Origin: a virus
Taxonomy: Duplodnaviria; Caudoviricetes
Direction: 5' to 3' (one strand)
Virus record (IMG/VR): IMGVR_UViG_3300030104_002283
Span: 1 to 57,636 of that record
DNA length: 57,636 nt
Shown: positions 9,563 to 19,257 of the stretch, piece by piece
Position numbering within the stretch: position 1 is the stretch's first letter
Layout of the letters: each line of letters opens with the position of its first letter
Program-made: the position numbers and the translations under genes
Notes under the pieces: model-generated
What the model was told of the DNA's origin: nothing
Databases searched by the model: none
Seen by the model: only the letters and a program-made list of their open reading frames with translations

Positions 9563-10753
9563 TTAATCACTTTGTCTTATAGTTATTACAGAATCTCCAC
9601 CACCATTGATTTTTACGATATTAGATATGCCATCTTGTATAAAAATAACTGTATATGAACCATTTGTATTAATATCTAATTTTACACTTTCACTTACACT
9701 TCTTTGTAATGTAATTATATCGCCTTGTATCAAAGTTGTAATTTGAGTATCAGGGTCTTTACCTAATAAAGTTCCAACAATTTGTGTTGATGTTGCTTCG
9801 GCTAACTGGTCTTCTTCTTCTTGTATATCTAATTCATCAAGAACATTTAATAAATCTTCTAAAAAATTTACATCTAAATAATTAATATCTAATTCTGTAA
9901 ACTCTAAACTATCTTCTTTAAGATAATCTTCTGCAAGATAATCTATATCTAAATCATTAAAATCTAATACACTATCTGTTTGTGAAGTTGTACTTTCTTC
10001 TTCTATTACATTTTCTTCTTTAGGTGGTGTAACAATTAACATATTGTCAATAATGTCTAAAGATAAATCTAATATAACAGGTTTAGTTGGAGCAGATTCA
10101 AATACACTAACTGTAGTTGCTTCATAGGGTTTGTTTAATATTACTGTTCCCATAGCTGTAACTACTTCTATTTCTCCACTAGAAAGTCCTAAAGCATCAG
10201 GTAATAAAATTATAAGGCTACGCCCTAGTTCATCAACTGTAGCCGTAAAATCAGTTCCTCGTATAGCTATATTTGCAGTTGGTGTTTTTAATTCTATGTT
10301 TTGTTTATCTATACGATTAAGATTACCCGTAATAAATCTAGCTGTACCAAGCCCAAAAGTAAGAGCCATTTTTGCTTTGCTTGGGTCTGGGTCATATATA
10401 TATTCGTCAATAAGTAATTGACTATGCTCTGTAAGTTTTACAGTAGAATCATCAAGAAATGTTATTGCCATTCTGCCATTAGTAGTAATAGCTTCGTCAT
10501 TACTTTGTATAGCAAATTTTAAATCTGCTTCATAAGATTTATCTCTTACTATTTGGGCATTACCATTTAGTTCAGATATATCTCCAATATCAACAGCTTG
10601 TGCTTGTACCTTGGTCGTTTTGAACAACGCACACAGTACCACTATTGCCAACAGATGTAATTTTAAGCCAATCTGAAACCAATGTTGAACTTTGTGTAAC
10701 ATTAAATGTTCTGCTGTTTCCTGTTTGGTCAAGATAGAAATATCCACCTGCAT
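9563..10753 (-). CDS. Secreted FecR-domain protein with acidic C-terminal region
   Basis: D.S.V.L.E.S.L.ID and TPTA.IAIRGTDF FecR-like motifs; true start likely downstream of 10753, before the hydrophobic LLAIVVL signal segment. Confidence 0.8.
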   Translation of the reverse strand: MQVDISILTKQETAEHLMLHKVQHWFQIGLKLHLLAIVVLCALFKTTKVQAQAVDIGDISELNGNAQIVRDKSYEADLKFAIQSNDEAITTNGRMAITFLDDSTVKLTEHSQLLIDEYIYDPDPSKAKMALTFGLGTARFITGNLNRIDKQNIELKTPTANIAIRGTDFTATVDELGRSLIILLPDALGLSSGEIEVVTAMGTVILNKPYEATTVSVFESAPTKPVILDLSLDIIDNMLIVTPPKEENVIEEESTTSQTDSVLDFNDLDIDYLAEDYLKEDSLEFTELDINYLDVNFLEDLLNVLDELDIQEEEDQLAEATSTQIVGTLLGKDPDTQITTLIQGDIITLQRSVSESVKLDINTNGSYTVIFIQDGISNIVKINGGGDSVITIRQSD

Positions 10754-11306
10754 ATCCGCTTCCTGTAAAGTTTACTGTGTTGCTATCTCCATCTACATCT
10801 ACATAGTTGGTTGCACCATCATAATTAATATCAAAATCAAATGTATTGCTATCGCCTTGTATAATCCAATCTAAATCTAATGTAGCTGCCAATGCAGATG
10901 TACCTGTATCTAAAGTAAAAGTATTAGAATTACCTGTTGTATCTACATTGTAATTAGAACTATCAATACCATAAGTATCTGTTGGGTCGCCTTGAATTGT
11001 AAATGTATTACTATCTCCATCAAATTCAAAAAATCCTGTAATACTATCTCCAAGAATATCTCCTAAAAATTTATTACTATTACCTATTTGATTAATGTCT
11101 AAAGTAAGATTTAAACCATCTAGGTCTAATGCTGTTAATGTTCCAGCTACAGAATTTAATCCGCCTATAATATTAGAATTACCTAATTGTTCTAAATCTA
11201 TATTTGCTGTTGCACCAGATTGGTCAACATATATTTCATTATCAGCCCCGTATATTGTCAATGCACTCAGCATCACAATCAGGCTCATTAATTTTAATTT
11301 CATCAT
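10590..11306 (-). CDS. Secreted curlin-like (CsgA/CsgB-like) beta-solenoid protein
   Basis: Signal peptide, then about 23-aa repeats with Q-x-G-x-x-N (EQLGNSN, NQIGNSN, IQGDSN, DQTGNS); directly after csgG-like gene; start set at MMKLKL. Confidence 0.7.
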   Translation of the reverse strand: MMKLKLMSLIVMLSALTIYGADNEIYVDQSGATANIDLEQLGNSNIIGGLNSVAGTLTALDLDGLNLTLDINQIGNSNKFLGDILGDSITGFFEFDGDSNTFTIQGDPTDTYGIDSSNYNVDTTGNSNTFTLDTGTSALAATLDLDWIIQGDSNTFDFDINYDGATNYVDVDGDSNTVNFTGSGYAGGYFYLDQTGNSRTFNVTQSSTLVSDWLKITSVGNSGTVCVVQNDQGTSTSC

Positions 11307-12096
11307 ATTCCCAGTAACCTCTTTCAATTCCTGTATAAATTATATTTAAAATACCTTTTTCTACTGCTTTTTGCAAAGCTATAGAAACACTTTCATTTTT
11401 TGCAATACCACCTTCCACTTCTACTAACTCTGTTCCAGTTTCAATAAAGCGAAAAATGTCTTGTGAAACATTTGTAGAGATAATACTTTTAGATACTAAA
11501 GTTTCTATTAATACTTCTCCAGTAGATACCGAAACTAATCTTAATGATATAGTAACTGAATCTTCTCTGTATTGTTTGCTAGTACCTATTCCTAAATATC
11601 TAGCACCTAATCCTCCAGATTTATTATTAGCTTCATAACTAATAACTCCACCTTCTATGATTAGTCCAGCAAATAATAAGGGTTTCATCTTATTATCTTC
11701 TTTAAATTCTTGTCTTGTGCTTCTTATTAACTGTCTTTCTTTAGTTAAGTTATCTAACCCAACTCTTTCTACTACTGTAAAAAAATTTCCATTTGATGCG
11801 TGTTTTAATGCTCTAATTAAAAAAGCTTCTGGAGCTTGTGTTATAGCTGTACTAAATAAAGCAAAAGAACTATTACTTTTTCTTTGTCCTGTTAAATCTC
11901 TAAAACTATTAGGATATATAGCTACTGAAGGTTTAATTTTTGCAGCAGGTAAATTTTTAAGTTCTTCAGATTGTAAATCTAATATTGCACTAGGTTCGAT
12001 ATTTTTTGTTAATGATAAATCTTTATTTTCATTTAATACAGCACAGCTAGAAAGTAAAATTACCGACAGGCAAAGAAATCGTTGTAATATTTCCAT
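11242..12096 (-). CDS. csgG: Curli secretion channel CsgG-like lipoprotein
   Basis: Lipobox LLSSC; F.DLTGQRK, FSTAITQ, F.VVERVGLDNLTKERQ.IR, PLLFAG.IIEGG, GG.GARYLGIG, YR.D.VT..LR.VSV.TGE. Confidence 0.92.
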   Translation of the reverse strand: MEILQRFLCLSVILLSSCAVLNENKDLSLTKNIEPSAILDLQSEELKNLPAAKIKPSVAIYPNSFRDLTGQRKSNSSFALFSTAITQAPEAFLIRALKHASNGNFFTVVERVGLDNLTKERQLIRSTRQEFKEDNKMKPLLFAGLIIEGGVISYEANNKSGGLGARYLGIGTSKQYREDSVTISLRLVSVSTGEVLIETLVSKSIISTNVSQDIFRFIETGTELVEVEGGIAKNESVSIALQKAVEKGILNIIYTGIERGYWEYDEIKINEPDCDAECIDNIRG

Positions 12097-12532
12097 CTTG
12101 GTCCCGTATAGTTAATGTTATTATTCCATCAACAACTTTGTATGTAATTGTATTTCCCTCTAGTGTTAGAGTTCCTTCTGTGCTTGGTGTTTCACCAAAT
12201 AAATTTTCTACAAGTTGTCTTGATAGTTGTGCGTAAATTCTTGATTCTAAATTTCTTATAAACCTAGCTAGTGTTGTATTTTCTTTATCTCTTTCTATTT
12301 GTTCTTGTAAAGCTTTTATTTCAGCTTTAAGTGCTTCTTTACGATTAAACTCTTGATTTTCAATAGTTAAATAATGTGCTGATGTACCTATTCCACTAAA
12401 GCTAGGATTTTTAAATTTAAAAACTATTTCATCTGCCCACAAAGGATTTGTTAAAATAACAAGAAAAAAGAAAATACTAAGCAATCCTGCTATTCTATAA
12501 ATCCAAATATTGTCAGTCTTTTCTCTGGTCAT
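12047..12532 (-). CDS. csgF: Curli assembly protein CsgF-like
   Basis: Signal peptide then EIVFKFKNPSFSG...L..EN; F..NLESRIYAQLS; immediately upstream of csgG. Confidence 0.8.
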   Translation of the reverse strand: MTREKTDNIWIYRIAGLLSIFFFLVILTNPLWADEIVFKFKNPSFSGIGTSAHYLTIENQEFNRKEALKAEIKALQEQIERDKENTTLARFIRNLESRIYAQLSRQLVENLFGETPSTEGTLTLEGNTITYKVVDGIITLTIRDQDGNITTISLPVGNFTF

Positions 12533-12863
12533 CTCTATTCGCTTTTGCTATTTTATTGCTATCTATAAGTTGTGGTATTCCTAAAATAGTTTTAATTAAA
12601 GTGTCTTGTCTTATAATTTCATTATCAAGACTTCTTATTCTATCTATTAATGCTACCAAAATACCATGTTGAGAATCAAGTTTTGTTCCGAGTCTTTCTT
12701 CTAATGCTGCTATCTGTCCTTCTACTTTTTCATCAACAGTATCTAATTTAGTTTCCATGCCATCAACAATACGCATAATTAGTTTATAAATAAACCAACC
12801 AAGACCTAATGCAGCAGCAATAGGAAAACCAACTTCTTGAATTAAAGTAACAGCCGATTCCAT
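12513..12863 (-). CDS. Single-TM coiled-coil membrane protein (holin-like)
   Basis: IQEVGFPIAA N-terminal TM followed by coiled coil. Confidence 0.5.
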   Translation of the reverse strand: MESAVTLIQEVGFPIAAALGLGWFIYKLIMRIVDGMETKLDTVDEKVEGQIAALEERLGTKLDSQHGILVALIDRIRSLDNEIIRQDTLIKTILGIPQLIDSNKIAKANRDDQRKD

Positions 12864-13243
12864 TAGTAATCACCCCAAACTTTTACTTTTTTTCCTCCAT
12901 AATATTCAACAGCATGACCTTCTTTAATTAATACTTGGCATATATCTCTGCCATCTTGTGTATAAGGTATGCCTAATATACGACCATATTTGCCTTTACC
13001 TAAAGATTTAATTTTAATATCTCCAATACAAAGTTCTTTTAATCTTTCTTTAGCAGCAAGACCTAATTTTTTTTCTGCTAAATCTCTAGTTCTACTTTCA
13101 GGTGTATCAATACCTGCAAGTCTGACACGCTGTTTATGAAGCTTTACATCAAAACCTAAATCAAGACAACAATCAAATGTGTCTCCATCTACTATTCTTT
13201 CTAGCGTAGCATTATAAACAAACGCATCAGGTGATTTAGCCAT
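12863..13243 (-). CDS. Thermonuclease (SNase-like) family nuclease
   Basis: IVDGDT, RVRLAGIDTPE, GKYGRIL, L...GHA motifs. Confidence 0.9.
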   Translation of the reverse strand: MAKSPDAFVYNATLERIVDGDTFDCCLDLGFDVKLHKQRVRLAGIDTPESRTRDLAEKKLGLAAKERLKELCIGDIKIKSLGKGKYGRILGIPYTQDGRDICQVLIKEGHAVEYYGGKKVKVWGDY

Positions 13244-13404
13244 TATTTTCTACTAGAACTTTTAACTCTTTTAGTAGTCCAGGCTTCATTTACATCTGGT
13301 GTAGATTTATCGTCAGCCACATAATGTCCTTTTTTGTTTCTAGTTCTTACTTTTACTTTTTCAGTACCAGTAACTTTGCTCCACATTTTTTCTAGCCAAC
13401 TCAT
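13243..13404 (-). CDS. Small hypothetical protein (53 aa, not in ORF track)
   Basis: MSWLEKMW...RNKKGHYVADDKSTPDVNEAW; start/stop overlap both neighbours. Confidence 0.7.
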   Translation of the reverse strand: MSWLEKMWSKVTGTEKVKVRTRNKKGHYVADDKSTPDVNEAWTTKRVKSSSRK

Positions 13405-13697
13405 TATTTACTTTCCTCTTCATCAGAATCTTGAATAGCGTCTGTTTGTTCATCTACGTTTTCTACAACTGTTTCTACTACATTAGATACTGAATCGCCA
13501 ACTGTATTTACAACAGCCCCAGCGTCATCAATTACAGCAGTTGTTATATTACCTGCTGTAGTAACTGTTGAATCTATCACGCTAGTAGTTAAATCTTTAC
13601 CGCCTTCTATAACTGCCCCTATACTTGCACATGAAGCTATAGAAACACCTAAGACTATAATTATTAAATGATGTTTAATTATTCTTGATATTTTCAT
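13404..13697 (-). CDS. Putative lipoprotein
   Basis: Basic N-terminus, hydrophobic stretch, lipobox IASC, acidic amphipathic repeats. Confidence 0.65.
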   Translation of the reverse strand: MKISRIIKHHLIIIVLGVSIASCASIGAVIEGGKDLTTSVIDSTVTTAGNITTAVIDDAGAVVNTVGDSVSNVVETVVENVDEQTDAIQDSDEEESK

Positions 13698-13698
13698 A

Positions 13699-13860
13699 TT
13701 ACTTGTCCTTTGCCTTTAGCACGTTTAATGCACACCAATCTATTACTTTGTATAAGTAACTAAACCAATGGTCATCTTTTGGAGTAGGTGTTATTGCTGC
13801 TATAACTGAAGCTATAGATATAATTGCAGTTACCCACATTAATATATTAAGTATCGTCAT
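13699..13860 (-). CDS. Small membrane protein (53 aa, not in ORF track)
   Basis: MTILNILMWVTAIISIASVIAAITPTPKDD...; fills the gap between ORFs. Confidence 0.7.
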   Translation of the reverse strand: MTILNILMWVTAIISIASVIAAITPTPKDDHWFSYLYKVIDWCALNVLKAKDK

Positions 13861-14095
13861 TTTTATCCTCCTCTGGATTATTTAAGACTTCATCTGCTTT
13901 TTGTTTAGCAGACTCTATAAATGCGTTTTGAAACACACTTAAACTGGCATTAACTTGGTCAAGTTCAAACTGTATGCGTTTTTGTTTATTTGTTAAATCT
14001 AGTATTTGACTATGAAAATATTGTTGTTCGCTTGTAAGCTCACTTACTTTAACTTCTTTATCATCAATCATTACCACTGGTTCTTGCGTAGTCAT
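13847..14095 (-). CDS. Hypothetical coiled-coil protein
   Basis: Tightly packed after the tail-fibre genes. Confidence 0.6.
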   Translation of the reverse strand: MTTQEPVVMIDDKEVKVSELTSEQQYFHSQILDLTNKQKRIQFELDQVNASLSVFQNAFIESAKQKADEVLNNPEEDKNDDT

Positions 14096-14096
14096 A

Positions 14097-14444
14097 TTAA
14101 GAACTTAATTTTTTAATTACAGATGTTGGTGTAATTTGTTGAGATATATTTGAATCTAATGATGCTTTCATAGCTTTAACTGTATCAGCAGTCAATGCAG
14201 TTTCTACCCAGCCTTGCACATCACTATTAGTAAGACTTGACCAATTTTTAAAACTAGATAAATCATCTGTGTTTAGATTTTGTGTGCCGTATGAACTAGC
14301 TGTTAAATTATTGCCATCACTATCTTTATTAGTGTTATCTGTAGCAGTTAATCTCCAATGCACGTTCCAAACTACATTTGATTTACCACTTTTTGTAGGG
14401 TATGTATCACAAGTTGTACAATCCCATGCGTAAGATATTGCCAT
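14097..14444 (-). CDS. Tail-fibre-associated small protein
   Basis: NVV.NVHWR, LT...V.GWV motifs; directly follows the tail fibre. Confidence 0.55.
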   Translation of the reverse strand: MAISYAWDCTTCDTYPTKSGKSNVVWNVHWRLTATDNTNKDSDGNNLTASSYGTQNLNTDDLSSFKNWSSLTNSDVQGWVETALTADTVKAMKASLDSNISQQITPTSVIKKLSS

Positions 14445-14445
14445 A

Positions 14446-16617
14446 TTATTCTCCTTTTAAAATGTTTATCTCAGATTGTAAGGCATCAATCTGTTCTTGT
14501 TGTTCTTGTATAGCTTTTATGAGTGGTGTTACTACTTTACTGTAATCCATTGAATAATAACCTTCTTCATTAACAACTACTGCATGTGGTATTAGTTTTT
14601 CAACTTCTTGTGCTATTAATCCATCTTGTATTTCACCACCATCTTTCCATTCAAAGTTTACTGGATTTAATTTATTAACAATTTCTAAACCTTTTGCTTC
14701 CCCTAAAATATTTTTATATCTTGCATCTGAACCTGTACCATAAGTTACTGTAGTATTGTTATAAGATACTTGGCTAACAGTTGAGCCACCATTTTCAAAT
14801 CTCAGTACATCCGAAGTAGCTGTTGTAGATGCTCTGTCAAAAAATACGGAACAAGCACCATCATCGTGATTTGGACTTATACTTAAAGAACCATCTGCTG
14901 CTAGAGTTGTTCCTCCAATAATTACATCTCCGTCATTACGGATTCTCATAGCTTCGCTTAAAGAATTATTATTACAAACTTCAAATACTAAAGCACTTTC
15001 TGTTGATGAGTCAGAGTTCCAACTACTAGCACCTTCACTCCTTATTCTAGCTGCATCTACTAAAGCGTTATTATCTGACCTTTCAGATATAAAAGTTATT
15101 GCAGAACCAAAACCACCAGCTTGTGAGTTTATTGCATCAAAACCTTGAGTATGGTTTGAAGCAACATGCGTATGACTTAATTCATCACCATTAATTTTAG
15201 CTATTTCATTAGTACCACTATTTCTAAATACAAAAAAGTTTGCTCTTAAATCAGCAGTTTCAAACGCACCAAATCCTGTTGTTATAAATTCCATTATAAC
15301 TTCACTTGTATTAGCTTTTATTTGAAATCCACCATTAGCACCATCATCCATAAACAAATAACCACCACTATTAGAGGTTGCTACATGGATTGGTTGGCTA
15401 GGACTGTTTGTACCAATCCCTATTCTTCCAGAATCAGTAATACGCATTCTTTCTGTACCAGCAGTTTTAAAAGCGTGATAAGGAGCTGCACCACTTTCTG
15501 TATCTTGTGCATCAAATACTACACCAGCATCTTGTTGACCACCACTAGCAGCAGTTTGTATTGATAAACCTCTGTTTGCATTAGCGTTACCAGTTATAAT
15601 TACTTGTTCTGAATTTACCGAGCCATTTATATGTAGTGGTGCATCAGGACTAGTCGTACCAATTCCAACATTAGCTGATGGACTTAAAATCAAATCTCCA
15701 TCACTTACAGTTATTACACCATTAGCTGCTCCTCCTGTACCTGTGTCAACGACTTGTAGTTTAAGTGAATCACCAGAAGCGGTATTTATGTTTACACCAA
15801 AGTCGCCACCTGTTGAAGATTTACAAACTATACCTTCGTTAAATGTGGCTCTACCTGCTTGAGACATATCAAGAGTAAGAGCAGTAACATCTGAGCCACC
15901 ATCATTACCTATAAATAATAAGTCTGCATCAGATGTAGAAGCAGTTATACTCGCATTACCACCTGCTAAAACTAAATCGGGAGTTGAATCTAAATTAAAT
16001 GTAATTCTATTTGTGCCACCATCTTTCATGCTTATTGTTGAGCCATCAGCATCAAAAATTATGTCTCCACCAACATCTAGTGTTAAATCGCCACTATCAG
16101 AAATAGTAGAGCCATCAATAGTTATATCATCAACTGTAAGTGTTGTAAGAGTTCCAAGACTTGTAATATTAGTTTGTGCTGCATCTGATACTTTTAAATT
16201 AGCAAAAGCATCTACCATAGCTGCACCAGAACCAGCTCCATCAGAATAAATAGCTTTCACTTCTCCTGCTGGTACAGTTACATTAGCACCACTACCTTGA
16301 GAAATAATTATGTTTTGTGAGCCTGATGTTCCGTTTTCTATAAACCAAAGCTTTGATACTGTATTAGGTCCTATAGTAATTGTACAAGCTGAATCTAAAG
16401 TACCTGTATATTTTAAATAAATACTTCTGCCGGGGTCTGTTGAACCATCAGCTATTGTAGTTGTATGTGTGTCTGCATTTGTAGTAATAGCTTCAGTGCC
16501 AAAGCTAAATGCTTCAGCTATTAATTCTAAATTAGTATTAGTACTTGTTCCCCAAGTTCCTGATTCATCACCAGTTGCTATTTCTTTTAGTCTTAAATCA
16601 TTTACATATGTTGCCAT
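14446..16617 (-). CDS. Tail fibre/spike with C-terminal peptidase S74 chaperone
   Basis: GTWG..TNTN head-binding N-terminus, NVGIGT.SP and ERMRI repeats, SDARYK...GLIAQEV...DY..V...LIKAIQE. Confidence 0.9.
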   Translation of the reverse strand: MATYVNDLRLKEIATGDESGTWGTSTNTNLELIAEAFSFGTEAITTNADTHTTTIADGSTDPGRSIYLKYTGTLDSACTITIGPNTVSKLWFIENGTSGSQNIIISQGSGANVTVPAGEVKAIYSDGAGSGAAMVDAFANLKVSDAAQTNITSLGTLTTLTVDDITIDGSTISDSGDLTLDVGGDIIFDADGSTISMKDGGTNRITFNLDSTPDLVLAGGNASITASTSDADLLFIGNDGGSDVTALTLDMSQAGRATFNEGIVCKSSTGGDFGVNINTASGDSLKLQVVDTGTGGAANGVITVSDGDLILSPSANVGIGTTSPDAPLHINGSVNSEQVIITGNANANRGLSIQTAASGGQQDAGVVFDAQDTESGAAPYHAFKTAGTERMRITDSGRIGIGTNSPSQPIHVATSNSGGYLFMDDGANGGFQIKANTSEVIMEFITTGFGAFETADLRANFFVFRNSGTNEIAKINGDELSHTHVASNHTQGFDAINSQAGGFGSAITFISERSDNNALVDAARIRSEGASSWNSDSSTESALVFEVCNNNSLSEAMRIRNDGDVIIGGTTLAADGSLSISPNHDDGACSVFFDRASTTATSDVLRFENGGSTVSQVSYNNTTVTYGTGSDARYKNILGEAKGLEIVNKLNPVNFEWKDGGEIQDGLIAQEVEKLIPHAVVVNEEGYYSMDYSKVVTPLIKAIQEQQEQIDALQSEINILKGE

Positions 16618-16631
16618 ATTTTATTCCTATA

Positions 16632-17390
16632 TTAAGCTACCTCTTCCCATTCTGGGTCTTGGGTAGTATTTATATTACTATAATTTGGTGTTTGTGTTGT
16701 AGATATACTACTGTAATTTGGAGTTTGACTATCATCTATTAAACCCCAAACATTTACTGTTTGTGTTTCTCCTGTAGCACTTACACCTGTTGGTAATGCA
16801 ATAGCTTTTGCTATTGTAGTTACCGAACCTAAACTTGTTGTTCCTGATAATCCAGTAACTGATATTATGTTTACACCTATGGTAGTTACTGTTCCTAATC
16901 CACTAGTTGCAGATAAACCTGTTGGAAATACTGTAGCTCCTGCAGAAACTGATTCATCACCAAGAGTTCCTACTGAAGCAGAACCAGATACACCTGTTAC
17001 TGCAGCACCTGCTGTTATAGCATTACCTAGTGCTGATGTACCTGCTAATCCAGTTACGGAAACATTTGCACTTGCTACAACTGTTTCATTTCCTAAAGCT
17101 GATGTACCTGAATTACCTGTAGCAGATATATTAGCTTTACCAATAACAGTTTCACTTCCAAGTGCTGATGTAGCACTAACTCCAGTTATACTAACTACAG
17201 CCTTTGCTACTACTGTTTCACTGCCAAGAGCAGTAGTTCCTGCAACTCCTGTAACAGATACTAAAGCTTTAGCTACTACACTTTCATCACCAAGAGCAGA
17301 TGTTGCACTAAGTCCTGTTACTGATACGGATACAGAGATTCCTCCCCATACATCAGAGCCCCATGTACCACGCCCCCAACCTACGGACAT
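16632..17390 (-). CDS. Gly/Ser/Thr/Val-rich repeat virion protein
   Basis: GWGR.TWG N-terminus, about ten 19-aa repeats VTG.SATSALG.E.V. Confidence 0.65.
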   Translation of the reverse strand: MSVGWGRGTWGSDVWGGISVSVSVTGLSATSALGDESVVAKALVSVTGVAGTTALGSETVVAKAVVSITGVSATSALGSETVIGKANISATGNSGTSALGNETVVASANVSVTGLAGTSALGNAITAGAAVTGVSGSASVGTLGDESVSAGATVFPTGLSATSGLGTVTTIGVNIISVTGLSGTTSLGSVTTIAKAIALPTGVSATGETQTVNVWGLIDDSQTPNYSSISTTQTPNYSNINTTQDPEWEEVA

Positions 17391-17394
17391 TTAT

Positions 17395-17826
17395 TTAAGC
17401 TATTCTTATAATAGCGTTTGATGCATCTGCTGTTGGAAATTGAATTGTAAAATCACCTGCTGTTGAGGTTTTATCTCCACCAAAAGCTAAAACAGCAACT
17501 GCTGGGTCTCCTGAAGCACTATCATTAAATATTAAAGCTCCATTAGCAGTTATGGTTGCAGTACTAAATGTTAAATCTGCAAAGTCAGTTAATGCAGTAG
17601 TACCTGAAGTTGATGGGTCAACTCTAGTTAGTTCGCCACCTTTAGCTGTATAACCTGTTCCGCTAACTTCATTAGAAGTTGTATATGCAGTTGTACTTGC
17701 ACCTAAAGATGCAGAGCTTGTGTATAGTGCTAGTTGAAAAGTACTACCACCACTATTTTTAAAATTGTGTACACCCTCTAATAATTCTTTTTTAAATGAG
17801 GTACACATAGCTTGTGAAATTGCCAT
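17395..17826 (-). CDS. Virion structural protein
   Basis: SFK.ELL.G.H, LALYT, NEV.GTGY.A.G, FG.DKTST.G.FTIQFP. Confidence 0.65.
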   Translation of the reverse strand: MAISQAMCTSFKKELLEGVHNFKNSGGSTFQLALYTSSASLGASTTAYTTSNEVSGTGYTAKGGELTRVDPSTSGTTALTDFADLTFSTATITANGALIFNDSASGDPAVAVLAFGGDKTSTAGDFTIQFPTADASNAIIRIA

Positions 17827-18116
17827 TAAAGTCTCCTTATAATATCAGCCATATCTTTATGACCTTGTTTTTGTAATAACCCTGCTACAGTAGCTCTATC
17901 ACTAGCTATAGCTTGTTTCATATATAATAAAACAACTTGTGTCATATTATCTTTAAATGCTTCTGCCTGTGCTTTAACCATAGGGTCTGCATTATCACTA
18001 ATACTAATAAGTCTATCTATTATTCTTTCAGTCCAATATTCAGGACTTAAACCTTTATTGTTAGTAGTTTTAACTGCTATATCGCCTATAGTTGTTTTTA
18101 CATCTACACTAAACAT
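17826..18116 (-). CDS. Hypothetical protein
   Basis: TAATG coupling at both ends. Confidence 0.6.
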   Translation of the reverse strand: MFSVDVKTTIGDIAVKTTNNKGLSPEYWTERIIDRLISISDNADPMVKAQAEAFKDNMTQVVLLYMKQAIASDRATVAGLLQKQGHKDMADIIRRL

Positions 18117-18757
18117 TATGTTCTTTGTACCCTTACAACATCATCTCTATAAGTATCTACAGTATTATCTCCTTCACCTAAAGTTTTTAATCTGGATATA
18201 GATTCCATGTATCTTTTTTCATATTGATTCATTAAATCCATATCTCCTTTCATATACATATATCCCTCTATTAAACAAGCATATAGCAAAGCATTTCTAG
18301 CATTTGTAGATAACCATGTTGTACCGCTATCTGCACCTGCTGTTATAGATGCTGGTCTATAAAAGTAATGTAACTCTACTGTAAAAGCTGCGTTAGGTGT
18401 TGGTCCTACTATAAAAGTTGTATCATCAAACAAAGCATAATGTTTTGGAATACCTGTTGTTGAAGCATTTGGATAAGCTTCTCTAATAAAGTTTACATCT
18501 TTAAATAATAAAAAAGATTGTTCACTAGAGTTTGTAATAGATAAAGAAAAATTATCTAAAAAATCTGTAGGAGTAGCTAAGTATTCACTACCAGAACTTA
18601 AATTACCAGAAACATTTTTTCTAAAATTAGGTAATCTTACTGTTTTTAATATTCTTTCTTCTGCTTGTTTAATTACATTATTTATATTAGAAACAAAACT
18701 TGTTTCTGTATTTTGTAAATAATCTTGTATTAAACTTTTTAACTCTGAAAATGTCAT
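18116..18757 (-). CDS. Putative head-tail adaptor
   Basis: I..AE.RI, G.P..YA, VGPTP...Y.Y.P, WL...A..ALLY..L.E. Confidence 0.6.
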   Translation of the reverse strand: MTFSELKSLIQDYLQNTETSFVSNINNVIKQAEERILKTVRLPNFRKNVSGNLSSGSEYLATPTDFLDNFSLSITNSSEQSFLLFKDVNFIREAYPNASTTGIPKHYALFDDTTFIVGPTPNAAFTVELHYFYRPASITAGADSGTTWLSTNARNALLYACLIEGYMYMKGDMDLMNQYEKRYMESISRLKTLGEGDNTVDTYRDDVVRVQRT

Positions 18758-18759
18758 TA

Positions 18760-18936
18760 TTATTTTCTCTTAGTATTTCTTTTAATAGTTTTTTTTCTTT
18801 TAGGTGCTTTTACTATACTTAATCTTTTTTGGTCTTTATTAATTTTTTCAAGTTTTTTAGCTTGTGCAGCATGTAATTTACTAGCTTTTTTTAAACCTTT
18901 AATTATTTCATTTAAGTCTTTTGTATAGTGAGCCAT
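18760..18936 (-). CDS. Small very basic protein (58 aa, not in ORF track)
   Basis: MAHYTKDLNEIIKGLKKASKLHAAQAKKLE...; shares a motif with 20861..21157. Confidence 0.75.
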   Translation of the reverse strand: MAHYTKDLNEIIKGLKKASKLHAAQAKKLEKINKDQKRLSIVKAPKRKKTIKRNTKRK

Positions 18937-18940
18937 ATTA

Positions 18941-19255
18941 TTATCCTATTGTTATTGTTACTTTACCTATTGCACCACGCATTATTAATCCAGTTCCAGT
19001 TACAGGGTTAAAACCAAATAACTCTCTTGAATCTGCTTCACCAGTATCAACTCTTGCATCATATAAAGTTTGCGGGTCTATAGTTGATATAAGGTTTACA
19101 TCTAGTTGTGGTTGGTCTGGGTCATAACAAGTATGACAAACTCTTAAACCATTTCTTACTTTGTTTTCTGTTTCATATCTAAGTTCATTTAACTTATAAG
19201 TAAATCCACACCTATCACAAATACCTAAAGCTTTTTTTCCTGCTGCATATGCCAT
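18941..19255 (-). CDS. Zinc-finger (CxxC...CxxC) protein
   Basis: ICDRCGF...VCHTCYD. Confidence 0.7.
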   Translation of the reverse strand: MAYAAGKKALGICDRCGFTYKLNELRYETENKVRNGLRVCHTCYDPDQPQLDVNLISTIDPQTLYDARVDTGEADSRELFGFNPVTGTGLIMRGAIGKVTITIG

Positions 19256-19257
19256 AA

